From the IMG/VR virus record IMGVR_UViG_3300036981_000286, positions 1 to 64,000 of that record: DNA of 64,000 nt; one strand, given 5' to 3'. The notes beneath the pieces were generated by a model that was not told the DNA's origin, did not search any database, and worked only from the letters and a program-made list of their open reading frames with translations. A program made the position numbers and the translations under genes. The stretch is from a virus. Below are positions 26,437 through 36,377 of this stretch, piece by piece. Position 1 is the first letter of the stretch, and every line of letters begins with the position of its first letter.

Positions 26437-28371
26437 GTGAGTATGGATGGCATATCTTTTTTACAGCCGCTATCTCCTGAACTGCAGGAAGTTTTCTACG
26501 CGCGCGGACACGCACACGGCTGTGTAGCGCTTAATTGCAAAACTGCTGCTACAAACTATCATCTTGCCGGCCGCCTGTACCTGTCTAAAAGCGGCTGGCT
26601 GCTGCTGTCAGTGCCGAACGCTTTCGTGCGGGGTCTGTTTTCGGCGTTAACCGCGCCCGGCGCTGAGCTCCCGATCGCAGGCCTCATGAACGTCACCGGG
26701 GTGGCTGAAGACGCGTTAAATGCGCATATCTCGGTGCTCACGGCCGATGAGGTGGCGGCTATCGGCGCGGACAAGATTAATGAACGCGGGCAAATGTTCA
26801 ACTACGGGCTCGGGCCTGTAAAGGAAATACCGGTTAGCAACGTAGACGGTATTAGCCGCGTCTGGGCTGTGCAAGTTGTTAGCCCCGCGCTGACCGCGCT
26901 CCGCAAAAGTTACGGGCTAACGCCGCTCCCGCACGGCGACCACGCATTTCATATCACGATTGCTTGCCGCCGTAGACGCGTTCTTGGCAATAATGCCGTA
27001 AGTAAATTTGACGCTGCGTCTGGCCGCGGCGAGCTGAAGGCCGCATCTGACGATAAAACAACTTACGACTGCTGTTGTTCTGGTGCGTGCACCTGCCCCG
27101 CGACATGTGTTTGTAAAAAGTTTGGTTGTTGCAGTGTGCGCAAGACTGCAGCGCACGAAGGCGCGCCGTGGGATACGCCGGCCGACAAGTTACCGTGGCG
27201 CGAACGCGTAGAGGTGTACGCGCACGACCCTAAAGGCCGCATTTACGGCGGAATTTGGAATACAGACAAATCTTTTGCTGTTCCGGGGGGCGGTATAGAC
27301 CCCGGTGAAGATCCCGGGCAAGCGGCGATTCGCGAGCTTGAAGAAGAGACCGGCATAAAAGCGACAAATCCGCGTGTATTGCCGGTAGCTCCGGTAGACA
27401 ATGCGTGGAGCGAAAAACATCGCCAAGAAAAACAGCGCAATTTTGCGGGGTCTCGCACTCATTTCGTCGCGGTGGACATTCTTAATAAGTTGCAACGAAA
27501 AAATCTTGATAAGTGGGACGCAGCCCAGCGCAAGATGTATGACCCGTCCGCAGCAGCGGAAATGATGGCAGGCCACAAAAACTTTATGGCGCCAAGTGTC
27601 GCCGCCGGCCGACTCGCGGCCTTGCGGCATATTATTGCTAACGCCGCTAAAAAGACAGCCGCCGATTTACTTCTAGGCGGAGCAGCAGACAACAAACCAG
27701 ATTCAGATTTTCCGGCAGATAAACTCCAAGAGGGCACAGAACATGAGCGAGAACATACCGACAATGATCAAATCGCCAAAGAAATTGCCAAGGATCATCT
27801 GCAAACAGAACCCGCCTACTACACGCACAAAGAACAAAAAGAAGCGGTAAATAAAATACCCGCAATCATCTTGCAGCTACGTGCCGCCAAAGAACATTCT
27901 GACGCTAAACGATACGATCAAAAGAATGCTATCTTACGTGAATTAATGCTTAAGGCGCCGAACGAGTGGTATGTCGACGACCCGCTGCCGCATCACATGG
28001 GCGTCACGCATGACCCCACTAAATTCAAGTTCCACGCCGACCCGACTATTATCCCGCCTGACGTAAAGGTGCGGGCAAAAGCAGCTGAAGCTGAGCCGTA
28101 TTTAGCGCAACTTAAAGCTACGCCGGTCGCTTACAGCAAAGACGAATCGGTATGGCGAAATTTCGTAAAGCATTTAATGACCGTAAAAAATAGAGGCGAC
28201 AATCAGCTGCATATGCAGGCAAATACTGAAAGCTGGCGCAAAACACTAGACCCGGCTTACCGGCATCAGCAAAATATGGCATTAGCTCGCGGTGAGGCTC
28301 CTAAACAGCCCGGCTTCGCGACGCAGATGATTAACCGTCACGGAGGCAACGTACTCGCTGCGTTGTCATAA
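26437..28371 (+). CDS. Polyprotein: 2H phosphoesterase + Cys-rich mini-domain + Nudix hydrolase + DUF5661-like + unknown domains
   Basis: AHISV/FHITI; CCCSGACTCPATCVCKKFGCC; GGIDPGEDPGQAAIRELEEETG; EGTEHEREHT...AKEIAKDHL; KTA/KAA/KEA junctions. Confidence 0.85.
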   Translation: MSMDGISFLQPLSPELQEVFYARGHAHGCVALNCKTAATNYHLAGRLYLSKSGWLLLSVPNAFVRGLFSALTAPGAELPIAGLMNVTGVAEDALNAHISVLTADEVAAIGADKINERGQMFNYGLGPVKEIPVSNVDGISRVWAVQVVSPALTALRKSYGLTPLPHGDHAFHITIACRRRRVLGNNAVSKFDAASGRGELKAASDDKTTYDCCCSGACTCPATCVCKKFGCCSVRKTAAHEGAPWDTPADKLPWRERVEVYAHDPKGRIYGGIWNTDKSFAVPGGGIDPGEDPGQAAIRELEEETGIKATNPRVLPVAPVDNAWSEKHRQEKQRNFAGSRTHFVAVDILNKLQRKNLDKWDAAQRKMYDPSAAAEMMAGHKNFMAPSVAAGRLAALRHIIANAAKKTAADLLLGGAADNKPDSDFPADKLQEGTEHEREHTDNDQIAKEIAKDHLQTEPAYYTHKEQKEAVNKIPAIILQLRAAKEHSDAKRYDQKNAILRELMLKAPNEWYVDDPLPHHMGVTHDPTKFKFHADPTIIPPDVKVRAKAAEAEPYLAQLKATPVAYSKDESVWRNFVKHLMTVKNRGDNQLHMQANTESWRKTLDPAYRHQQNMALARGEAPKQPGFATQMINRHGGNVLAALS

Positions 28372-28372
28372 A

Positions 28373-28678
28373 ATGGCTGGCCCTGTCATAACAAAAATCA
28401 TAGATTGGTTTACGCCAAAAAAGGTAGAGCCTGATCCGGCACCCGCGCCGGCACCAACACCGCCGGAACCAGAAATTCCCGCAATCCGCCCAAGCAATCT
28501 GCAGTTCGTAAACTACATCCGCGCCTTGATGATCTTGCAACGTATCCCAATAACAAAACTAAAAAAAGAGCTTGCAAAGTTACCGTGGCTCGACATCGCG
28601 TATTTGTGCGGCATTTTTATTTGGGTTTTTATGTCTTGTTTATTTGTAGTGCAACTTTGGCGAACGTTTCTGTCATGA
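28373..28678 (+). CDS. Membrane-anchored hypothetical protein
   Basis: Pro-rich linker and C-terminal TM. Confidence 0.6.
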   Translation: MAGPVITKIIDWFTPKKVEPDPAPAPAPTPPEPEIPAIRPSNLQFVNYIRALMILQRIPITKLKKELAKLPWLDIAYLCGIFIWVFMSCLFVVQLWRTFLS

Positions 28679-29715
28679 ACACTCCACCGACACAACTTAC
28701 TCTCGCGGAGTGGCAGCAAGTTCCTGCGCGCGTGCAGGCTCTCTTGCCAACAGCTTGCGCGTTACAGTTAATGCATAACAAGGTAGCTAGCGAGACTGGC
28801 ATCCTGGCTATTGCAACAATTAGCTGGCAACCTGAGAAAAATGAAATATTTGTACATACGCCAAACCGACTGTCGACTCGCGTAAAAGAAGCGTACGCAA
28901 ATACGCTACATGCCGGCGTGCCAATTTTGTTTACGCAAACAACCCCGGACGGCACACATAGTGTTTTAATTAAGCAAGCCAGCATGACGAAAACTATTGG
29001 CGCTGGCTGGAACACAGCAAATACGGCCCTTGGCGGCCCGACCCCGCTATCAAACGCTATTGTGTCGAGCCTGCTTCTTGGCGGAATTGGTTACGGCGCC
29101 GGCACGTTAGCCGAGCAGTTATTTCCAGAGCGTTTTTTAGAGCCGGGGCAATTACGAAAACCGTTAGGGATCGCCGGCGGTTTAATTGGATTAGGTTACG
29201 GAGCGTTAAACGCCGGAGAAACTCGGCGGCAAATCCCGGGTACGGGTTATTTGGACTCTTGGGTAACCAGCAACAACGCCAAGCTACCAAACGAGCAACC
29301 GCCTGTCCCCGGAAAAAAGGCGAATTTCTTTGGCGCCGATAAAATGCAAGGCAACACTGGGTTATACGCCCCGACTATCCCTGTAGACGCGTTTAACCGC
29401 GCTGTCTGGGCTGACGCCAGCAAAGGCTACAGTCAAGCCGGTATTATCCCGCACACGAGCCCAGCGGTAGCTGCGGCCACTACCGGTTTAATGACAGGGC
29501 TTTCTACTCAGGCGCGGTCCTCTATTATTAGCCCGGCTACTGTTATTACCGGTTTAGCTTCTGCGGGCGTTGGTTTAGCCACGGCAAGTATTGCTGGGCG
29601 GACGCTCGGGGCGCTGGCTGGTTTAACGCCTATGGCCCAAGAAAAAATTCAAGATGCCGGGCTGTGGGCTGGCATGTTACACGCCGTCGTGCCGCCGCTT
29701 TTTGGCATGCGGTAA
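28675..29715 (+). CDS. Glycine-zipper putative virion protein
   Basis: KVAS, KQAS, KKAN junctions; Gly-rich hydrophobic helices; ATGA overlap start (track 28585). Confidence 0.7.
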   Translation: MNTPPTQLTLAEWQQVPARVQALLPTACALQLMHNKVASETGILAIATISWQPEKNEIFVHTPNRLSTRVKEAYANTLHAGVPILFTQTTPDGTHSVLIKQASMTKTIGAGWNTANTALGGPTPLSNAIVSSLLLGGIGYGAGTLAEQLFPERFLEPGQLRKPLGIAGGLIGLGYGALNAGETRRQIPGTGYLDSWVTSNNAKLPNEQPPVPGKKANFFGADKMQGNTGLYAPTIPVDAFNRAVWADASKGYSQAGIIPHTSPAVAAATTGLMTGLSTQARSSIISPATVITGLASAGVGLATASIAGRTLGALAGLTPMAQEKIQDAGLWAGMLHAVVPPLFGMR

Positions 29716-29789
29716 CAATGTAATTAAACAGCGTCTTGCGTTGCGCATGTTGATTAGAGAGAATATTACTTACAAGGAGATCTATTTAC

Positions 29790-30173
29790 ATGACTACAAA
29801 GAAAACATCTGCTAGTAAGCAGCCCGTTGAATCCCTTCGCGCTGAGCTGCGCGTGTTAAATAACGCCGCTACTGACGTGGCGGATGACAAAGATTGGATT
29901 ACGCCTGAGTTTGTCTCGATGGTGAGCTCGGTTGCCGTAAATTTGATTACCGCCGCTACAGTAGTTGGCTGGCTTGATGCGAACAACGCACAAGAAGTCA
30001 CAAAGGCTATTACGGCGCTTATTGCCGCCGCAAGCACAATTAGCGTTAACGGCTTTATTGTGTGGAAATACTTAGGCGGCCGCGAGGCTGTGAAAAAGGA
30101 AGCTATTCAAGCGCAATACCGCTATGCGGAAACGCTGCTTGTTGAGCGTATGCGTGCGGACAGTGCCTACTAA
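29790..30173 (+). CDS. Holin-like two-TM membrane protein
   Basis: W.TPEF motif followed by two TM helices; start of the protease block. Confidence 0.5.
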   Translation: MTTKKTSASKQPVESLRAELRVLNNAATDVADDKDWITPEFVSMVSSVAVNLITAATVVGWLDANNAQEVTKAITALIAAASTISVNGFIVWKYLGGREAVKKEAIQAQYRYAETLLVERMRADSAY

Positions 30174-30570
30174 CGATAAGTTAATCGCTAGGATCGAATC
30201 GAGTCAGGTTTTGCGGCGAGCAAGGGAAAGTCTTTTAAGTGAGCTTTCTTTTCGCGCTGACGGGCCGGCTCGATTCGACCCTATGCTGATCTTAATGGCA
30301 ATTTCGATTATCGTGCAAGTTATCATAGCGTGCCGAAATAGAAATTCTGACGCAAAGATTGTTAACTGGTTACGCAATGCTCGGACGCTTCCGCGCTTGC
30401 GCACCATTCGGCTGCGCAGAAAGCTAGACGCGCTGTGGCAAGAAACTTGCGGCAAACCAGATTGCGGCAAAAACGTGTTGTTTGATGCTTTGCTGGACGC
30501 CTCAGAAAACGCTTCTGACGAAGAGCTATCAGAAATTTTGCAATTGGCGGCGCAAGAAGGTGCTGCATGA
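30163..30570 (+). CDS. Single-TM hypothetical protein
   Basis: FDPMLILMAISIIVQVIIAC helix. Confidence 0.6.
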   Translation: MPTNDKLIARIESSQVLRRARESLLSELSFRADGPARFDPMLILMAISIIVQVIIACRNRNSDAKIVNWLRNARTLPRLRTIRLRRKLDALWQETCGKPDCGKNVLFDALLDASENASDEELSEILQLAAQEGAA

Positions 30571-30594
30571 ATAACACTTGCAAGGAAGCAAATC

Positions 30595-31410
30595 ATGGCA
30601 AAATCAAAATCAGAACAAAAAAACGTTTTATCAGCAACAGAGATACTCAAGCGGCTGCAGAAGCTTGGTTACTTCGGTAGCCAGTCGTGGGCGCAGATTA
30701 AAAAAATTAGCGGCAAGTCATTAGAAGCCGTTGTTCGCGAGTATCAGAATTTTCACGGTCTTGAGCCGACCGGCATTGTGGGCCCGCGTACGGCGCACGT
30801 CATGGCCCGCCACCGCTGTGGTTTGCCGGACTTTAATATCACGAGCAAAGATAGCGTGTGTAAATGGCCGCATAAAAACATTACGTATCACTCTAAATTA
30901 GTGCTGCCCGGCATTACTGATGTGCAGGCTACGTTGGCGTTTGACGCGGCTATTATGCAGTGGGCTAATGTGTGCGCCATCGAGCCCGTGCGTGTAGACG
31001 ACGTTAATCAGGCAAACATTTACGCGCGGTCTGGGAAAGGCCGCGGCGTGAACCTAGACGACCGCGGCGGCACACTCGCGTGGAGCGAGCTGCCGTGCGG
31101 TGTTACGCCAAACATGCAACTTGACCAGATGTACGACGAGGCGGAGGAGTGGACTTTTGACATGGCAGTAGCCGTTACCTGCCACGAACTTGGACACGCG
31201 CTTGGTTTAGCGCACCTCGGCCGCGGTAACTTAATGGCGCCCTACTACGACCCAACTGTCACCAAGCCGCAAAAAGGCGACATCGACGAGATGGTAAAAC
31301 TTTACGGCAAAGTCAGTAAAAACACACAAAAAAAGAACAAGGGCGTTGTAGACGTTAGCGGCACAATTTTAATTAATGGAAAACCATATCGGCTTGTGCC
31401 ACAGTTCTGA
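30595..31410 (+). CDS. Matrixin-like (M10) metalloprotease with N-terminal peptidoglycan-binding-like domain
   Basis: LQKLGY...YQNFHGLEPTGIVGPRT, RCGLPD cysteine switch, HELGHALGLAH, LMAP Met-turn. Confidence 0.9.
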   Translation: MAKSKSEQKNVLSATEILKRLQKLGYFGSQSWAQIKKISGKSLEAVVREYQNFHGLEPTGIVGPRTAHVMARHRCGLPDFNITSKDSVCKWPHKNITYHSKLVLPGITDVQATLAFDAAIMQWANVCAIEPVRVDDVNQANIYARSGKGRGVNLDDRGGTLAWSELPCGVTPNMQLDQMYDEAEEWTFDMAVAVTCHELGHALGLAHLGRGNLMAPYYDPTVTKPQKGDIDEMVKLYGKVSKNTQKKNKGVVDVSGTILINGKPYRLVPQF

Positions 31411-31445
31411 TAAAATACTCGTATCTCAATAAACGGAGCGTTACT

Positions 31446-31733
31446 ATGAGTTTGTTTCAAGGCGTTTTAGCCGGATTATTTTTATTTACGCTAGTTTTGA
31501 CGTACGTCAAACAACTAGCGCCTCTCGTCAAGCTGGCTGTTCCCGCTTTTTTTAACGATTCAGCCCCGAAGGTTCAGCCGTCAATTGCTGTTTCTCTCGT
31601 AGCGGATATTAAATCTGTCACAGAGTTGCGAGATCGGCTGGCCGCGGAAGGCTGCGAAGATGGCGTAACTGCGTGCACAACGCTGCTTCGCGTAATTGTC
31701 GAGTACCAACAACCGTCTAAGGGTGTTGTATGA
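31446..31733 (+). CDS. Membrane-anchored hypothetical protein
   Basis: N-terminal TM helix. Confidence 0.6.
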   Translation: MSLFQGVLAGLFLFTLVLTYVKQLAPLVKLAVPAFFNDSAPKVQPSIAVSLVADIKSVTELRDRLAAEGCEDGVTACTTLLRVIVEYQQPSKGVV

Positions 31734-32200
31734 AAAAAGTAGTTTGGTTTCTTGGAATTCTGCTGTTGCTGTCGTTCGTATTCCCGAACGGCGTAGCAGA
31801 CATTAAATTTCCTGTTAAGCCGCCTGTTGTCGCACCCGACCACGTTGTCGTCACCGATCCGACTATTGTAAAACTGCTGCAAAACGCTACCGACGCTGAT
31901 CGCGGGCGGGTGCAAAGCATTTACACGGGATTAAAGACCGTGGTAGGCCGAGATAACGGCGAGCTAGTAAACACGACAGAGCGTTTTGCGGTACTGCACG
32001 CAAACACATTAAAATTAGCTGTAGAGCAAGTAAACAAGTATCCGGGGCTTGACGTTGCGATTAATGAAGTGATTAAAGCGCAAATGGGTACCGACGAGGT
32101 CGTGCAGCTAAACGCAGACACGGTTAAAAAGCTGGTAACAGCTTGTGATATCATTGCTGATTCTGCGGTGACCAAGTCGGCACCCGCTGAGAAAAAGTAA
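31730..32200 (+). CDS. Exported hypothetical protein
   Basis: Signal-peptide-like N-terminus MKKVVWFLGILLLLSF. Confidence 0.7.
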   Translation: MKKVVWFLGILLLLSFVFPNGVADIKFPVKPPVVAPDHVVVTDPTIVKLLQNATDADRGRVQSIYTGLKTVVGRDNGELVNTTERFAVLHANTLKLAVEQVNKYPGLDVAINEVIKAQMGTDEVVQLNADTVKKLVTACDIIADSAVTKSAPAEKK

Positions 32201-32202
32201 CA

Positions 32203-32709
32203 ATGATCAGTTTTTTGCCGTTTGTAATTATAAGCGTTGTTTTGCTGGCGTATTTAACGTGGCGCACTCTAGCAGTGCCCACAAGCGCGCCAGTTGGTTT
32301 GAGGGTGATTCAACTTAGGAGTAATCAGATGGCAGATATGCTTTCATATAAAGTTTCCGCCGGCGTGCCCGTTGATGGGGATGTCGTGTCGCGTGTTGTA
32401 ACGGTAACAGTAAACGGCGAATCGAAGGGTTCGACGTCGTACGCTGGTGATTCAGTTGAGCTCGGCGTAATCTCTGTGCCGCAAGATTCGAATGTTGTTT
32501 TAACGCTTGTCGACGTCGATGACGCCGGCAATTCGTCGGAGCCCGCCACGGTAACGTTTGTTGCCGTTGATACGGTTGCCCCGACGCAGCCCGGGTTTTT
32601 CGGGGTAACGCTTGTTGGCGAGACACACGAAGCGGCAACGCAAGTCGTGGTCGATACCGACACAGTAGTCGAGCCCGCCACAGTAGTCGAGCCCGAGTCG
32701 GCTGAGTGA
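32203..32709 (+). CDS. Ig-like beta-rich protein
   Basis: DVDDAGNSSEPA...DTVAPTQP typical of bacterial Ig-like repeats; alternative start at 32329. Confidence 0.6.
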   Translation: MISFLPFVIISVVLLAYLTWRTLAVPTSAPVGLRVIQLRSNQMADMLSYKVSAGVPVDGDVVSRVVTVTVNGESKGSTSYAGDSVELGVISVPQDSNVVLTLVDVDDAGNSSEPATVTFVAVDTVAPTQPGFFGVTLVGETHEAATQVVVDTDTVVEPATVVEPESAE

Positions 32710-32726
32710 AATAGCTGGAGCACGCC

Positions 32727-33752
32727 ATGGCCGATAAAGAGCAATTTTTTGACAGCGTCTTTGACGTTGCAAAAGCGTATCAGACAGGTTTCGTGGGCGC
32801 TTACAGCAACCCCGAAGCTGCGGAAGCATTGCGCGCGCAAATTAAAAGTGCGGGCGGTATTCCGGATGGGGCCATGGCGTGCTTCGCGTATGGTCTCGAG
32901 GAAACGGGCAAAGGAAAACTTTCTGCGCCCTTCCTTGAGATCTTAAAAATTTATCCAGACTGCCTCCCGGGCGGCTCGCAGGGTCGAGGGGATTGCGTAA
33001 GCTGGTCGACTCGGAACGCCTGTCTCGGCACTATGTGCTGCGATATTACTTGCGGCATTCCTGACCCAAAATCAGGCCGCCTTGAAGGCCCGCCAGAAGT
33101 TAGCGATACAGCGCGTTTAAACGGCGTGCTCAGCACTGAAGCGTTTTACAACTGGCGGCGGCATGGGGGCGACGGCTGGAGCTGCGCTGAAGCTGCTCAA
33201 GTAGCGCTAAACGAAAGCGGCCTCTGGCTGCGTAAAAAATACGACGAGATTAACGTTGATTTTACGCAATACAGTTCGCGTAACGCTGGTCTCTACGGCT
33301 CCCGCACTCCGCCAACCTCTTGGCTTGCGGTAGGTAAAGACCACCTCGTACAAACAATCACCGAGGTCGAAATATATGAAGTCTTGCGCGACTTACTCGC
33401 TAACGGTTATTGCGTAAGTTCCTGCGGCAGTGAGGGCTTCTCGGACCAGCGCGACGCTAATGGCGTGTCTAAGCGCAGCGGGAGCTGGGCGCACGCGCTT
33501 GCTTATCTGGCCGCGGACGACCGGCCCGAGACTATTAAACTTTACGGCGAGCCGCTTATATTAGTCCAAAACAGCTGGGGCGCGTGGAATGAAGGTGGCC
33601 GCAGGATTTTAGGCACAGCCTTTGACATTCCAGTTGGCGCGTTTTGGGCAAAATGGTCTGATATCAAAAACCGATACATGGTGGCGATTTCTGGCGTAAA
33701 CGGTTGGCCGCGTAAAAAACTGCCGCATTATGGCTCGCTAGGCAATATTTAA
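32727..33752 (+). CDS. Papain-like (C1) cysteine peptidase
   Basis: QGRGDCVSW, WAHAL, VQNSWG catalytic motifs. Confidence 0.8.
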   Translation: MADKEQFFDSVFDVAKAYQTGFVGAYSNPEAAEALRAQIKSAGGIPDGAMACFAYGLEETGKGKLSAPFLEILKIYPDCLPGGSQGRGDCVSWSTRNACLGTMCCDITCGIPDPKSGRLEGPPEVSDTARLNGVLSTEAFYNWRRHGGDGWSCAEAAQVALNESGLWLRKKYDEINVDFTQYSSRNAGLYGSRTPPTSWLAVGKDHLVQTITEVEIYEVLRDLLANGYCVSSCGSEGFSDQRDANGVSKRSGSWAHALAYLAADDRPETIKLYGEPLILVQNSWGAWNEGGRRILGTAFDIPVGAFWAKWSDIKNRYMVAISGVNGWPRKKLPHYGSLGNI

Positions 33753-33779
33753 ACACCTGTTTGATTTGGAGTAGTTCCT

Positions 33780-34121
33780 ATGTTCGAGTGGCTTATGCTT
33801 TTAGCCCCGGTGACGTATGCCGAATTGCCCAAAAAAGATTGTGTCGGCATGGTCGCTGCAGAGGCTGCTTATGTTTCTTTCCTTCCTGACGCGATTCCGC
33901 CAAAAGTATTAGTGGACACAAAGGACTGCACAAGATGTAATCGTACGGGTAGAATTCCGACGGGAGACAGTAATAACCCGTGGACGGACTGCCCGGAATG
34001 TGAGCCGAAAGACGGCAAAGTAAACGCCGAGCCAAAACTGTCGCCGGTTATGAAATTACAGAAACGCGCGGTACCTGATAATTGTGCATCTGGTACATGC
34101 CCAATTCCGGCAAATAAATGA
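33780..34121 (+). CDS. Small Cys-containing (CxxC zinc-finger-like) protein
   Basis: CTRCNRTG...CPEC; C-terminal CASGTCP. Confidence 0.6.
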   Translation: MFEWLMLLAPVTYAELPKKDCVGMVAAEAAYVSFLPDAIPPKVLVDTKDCTRCNRTGRIPTGDSNNPWTDCPECEPKDGKVNAEPKLSPVMKLQKRAVPDNCASGTCPIPANK

Positions 34122-34128
34122 GGACATC

Positions 34129-34629
34129 ATGGCTGACCGCAAGGATGTGATTGGTAAGTGTTACACGTACCGCGGCCTTAAATTTTACGCACAAAACGGG
34201 TTTGTGTGTCTGCACGACGAGCAGACAGGCGAGTTCTTCGTGTTAACCCGCCGCGAGTTTTTGGAGCGTGCCACCGCGCTGAGTGCTGAGGCAAAACAAC
34301 TGCGCGAGATGATGGTTAAGAACCCTGGCAAGCGGTGGCTTTCCCACGACCGCATGGATTTACAGCAGGGCGTAGACATGATGGTCGAGTGCGCGCGTGA
34401 CGCTAAAAATCAGGGCGACAGGACAGACCCGAAAGTAGACGCGTGGTTTATGCGGCACCGGCCAAACCGTAAAAGTGCTGTTTCGCTATCCTCGTCTGGT
34501 AATTTCTCAACCGCCCTGCCCCCTTCTCTGCCTGTAGGTAGGGATACCGGCAAGCATGTATCGCCTGACTTTTCTGTTTCTTCGGGGCAATCTGGTAAAA
34601 AGAAGCTCATCCTCCCCGGAGACTTCTGA
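34129..34629 (+). CDS. Hypothetical protein
   Basis: SD gagga before ATG 34129 (track 34084). Confidence 0.7.
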   Translation: MADRKDVIGKCYTYRGLKFYAQNGFVCLHDEQTGEFFVLTRREFLERATALSAEAKQLREMMVKNPGKRWLSHDRMDLQQGVDMMVECARDAKNQGDRTDPKVDAWFMRHRPNRKSAVSLSSSGNFSTALPPSLPVGRDTGKHVSPDFSVSSGQSGKKKLILPGDF

Positions 34630-35048
34630 TGGATATTACAGAGCAGGATGCGTTCAAGCTTGGGTTTTTGACCCGATGCGCCGAGGAAAAGCTGACCGGC
34701 GACTCACTCGAGGCGCGGCTGGATCAAGTTGCTAGTTTTAATAAACGAGCTACAGAGTTAGTTAAAGTCTCGCCTGTGACTGTTGGCGGCGGAACTGCGG
34801 CTGACATGGTCGGCTCTGCCGGTAAAAGCTTGGTAGATGCTTTCCAGATGATCACCGCCGTCCCGATCGCCGGTTCAATTATTGGGGGCGCGGGGCTTGG
34901 TTATGGTACCGCCAAAATGCTTGAGCCAAAACTAGATGACGACGAGCTTAAAGCGCAAGAATTAGCCGCAACTTACAAGCTTTACGCGGATAAAGCTAAA
35001 AACCGCAAAAAGGTTCGTCAGTACCGTCTGGGGCGTGGGTCGTCGTGA
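34629..35048 (+). CDS. Glycine-zipper putative virion protein
   Basis: AFKLGF N-terminal motif, NKRA junction, GGAGLGYG helix. Confidence 0.7.
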   Translation: MDITEQDAFKLGFLTRCAEEKLTGDSLEARLDQVASFNKRATELVKVSPVTVGGGTAADMVGSAGKSLVDAFQMITAVPIAGSIIGGAGLGYGTAKMLEPKLDDDELKAQELAATYKLYADKAKNRKKVRQYRLGRGSS

Positions 35049-35395
35049 GTCTCAAAAAATACTACGGCGAAACCGGCGGCGAGTCGCATGGCGGCGAGCG
35101 GCTGCACTGGCCCGGAACAGTGGACGGGTATCCTGTCCGCGGAAATACGCTGCCGCCCGATCTTAAAAAAGAAGAGATGGAGAACATCGATCTCCGCCTC
35201 GATTTTAAGAGCAAAATGTTTGAATTATGGGATCCGGCGCAGAAAGCGGAATTTGACGACGTAAACGATAAAATAGTCAATGGATGGTATTTACTTCAAC
35301 GCCGTAACGACAACTGGGACGACGAACATAAGCATTTTCGTGTCTGGGTAGAGTGGGCGCAAGTTTACGGTATGTTGCCGCCAAAGGTGCAATAA
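35045..35395 (+). CDS. Hypothetical protein
   Basis: GTGA overlap; clean ORF. Confidence 0.7.
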   Translation: MSLKKYYGETGGESHGGERLHWPGTVDGYPVRGNTLPPDLKKEEMENIDLRLDFKSKMFELWDPAQKAEFDDVNDKIVNGWYLLQRRNDNWDDEHKHFRVWVEWAQVYGMLPPKVQ

Positions 35396-36360
35396 TGACA
35401 ACAAAAACAGCTAGCTGGCTCACTCAATACGTTACAGACCCGCTGAGTTCGGGGCTTGATTACGCTCTGGGCGGCGCAATGCCGAACGGCGCTACTGAGC
35501 AAAACGCCGCGGCGGTCGCGGCCCGCGCGGCAGCGCAGGCGGACGCCGCCTCGGCCAAAACGCTTGGCCCCGAACTGCTGAAGTACACGCTTGCCGGCGC
35601 GGGGTTAGGGCTAGGCGGCGCAAAGCTGTATCACTTACTTAGCGACATGAATAAGCCAAAACAAAAATACACAAAGTTTGGCCCGGGTTCTAAATCAATC
35701 GACGAAGACGAGAAGATCGCCGAAGCGGGCATTTTAGAGACTATTGGCAGCGCGCCCGGTAATTTGCTCAATAAAGTGTTGAGCAACCCCGCCGATCGCA
35801 ACGCAGCCCGCGCAGCTGCTTTAGTCGCGACTACCGGGCTTGGCATATACGGCGGCTCGTCGCTTATGAATGCTATTATAGCGCAAAAGAAAAAAGACGA
35901 ATTGAACGACCAAGTCGACGACGCAAAAAAAGAATATCAGCGCGCGTTAATCGGGCGTAAAGCCGCAGCGCTCGATGAGGCGTTTAATAAGTTTGCCGAA
36001 GTTACAAAAAAAGCCGATAACCCAATTGCAACTGCTATCGGCAGCACATTTTCAGGCCCGCTCACCGCAGTCTCTAGCGCCGCAAAAGCTGCAATGCCGA
36101 CTGTTGGTGGTGCCGCCAGCGCCGCGGTAGCGGCTCCGTTTGACATTATGCGGCAGTATCCGGCTGTCTGGAATGCGTACGTAATGTCAACGCTTGGGCT
36201 TGGCGCGCTGTCCGGGAAAATGACATACGACTGGACGCGTGAACGCAGCCGAGATAAGGCTGTATCGCGCGCACAGAAAGCACGAGCGCGCATTGCCGGA
36301 GCAGCGCCAATTTATGTGGACCCAGAACAAATTGCGGCTATTAAGCAAATCGCTGACTAA
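35395..36360 (+). CDS. Glycine-zipper putative virion protein
   Basis: KTAS, EKIAE, RKAAA, KKAD junctions separate helical modules. Confidence 0.7.
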   Translation: MTTKTASWLTQYVTDPLSSGLDYALGGAMPNGATEQNAAAVAARAAAQADAASAKTLGPELLKYTLAGAGLGLGGAKLYHLLSDMNKPKQKYTKFGPGSKSIDEDEKIAEAGILETIGSAPGNLLNKVLSNPADRNAARAAALVATTGLGIYGGSSLMNAIIAQKKKDELNDQVDDAKKEYQRALIGRKAAALDEAFNKFAEVTKKADNPIATAIGSTFSGPLTAVSSAAKAAMPTVGGAASAAVAAPFDIMRQYPAVWNAYVMSTLGLGALSGKMTYDWTRERSRDKAVSRAQKARARIAGAAPIYVDPEQIAAIKQIAD

Positions 36361-36377
36361 CTCGATGAGCCGCTGCT

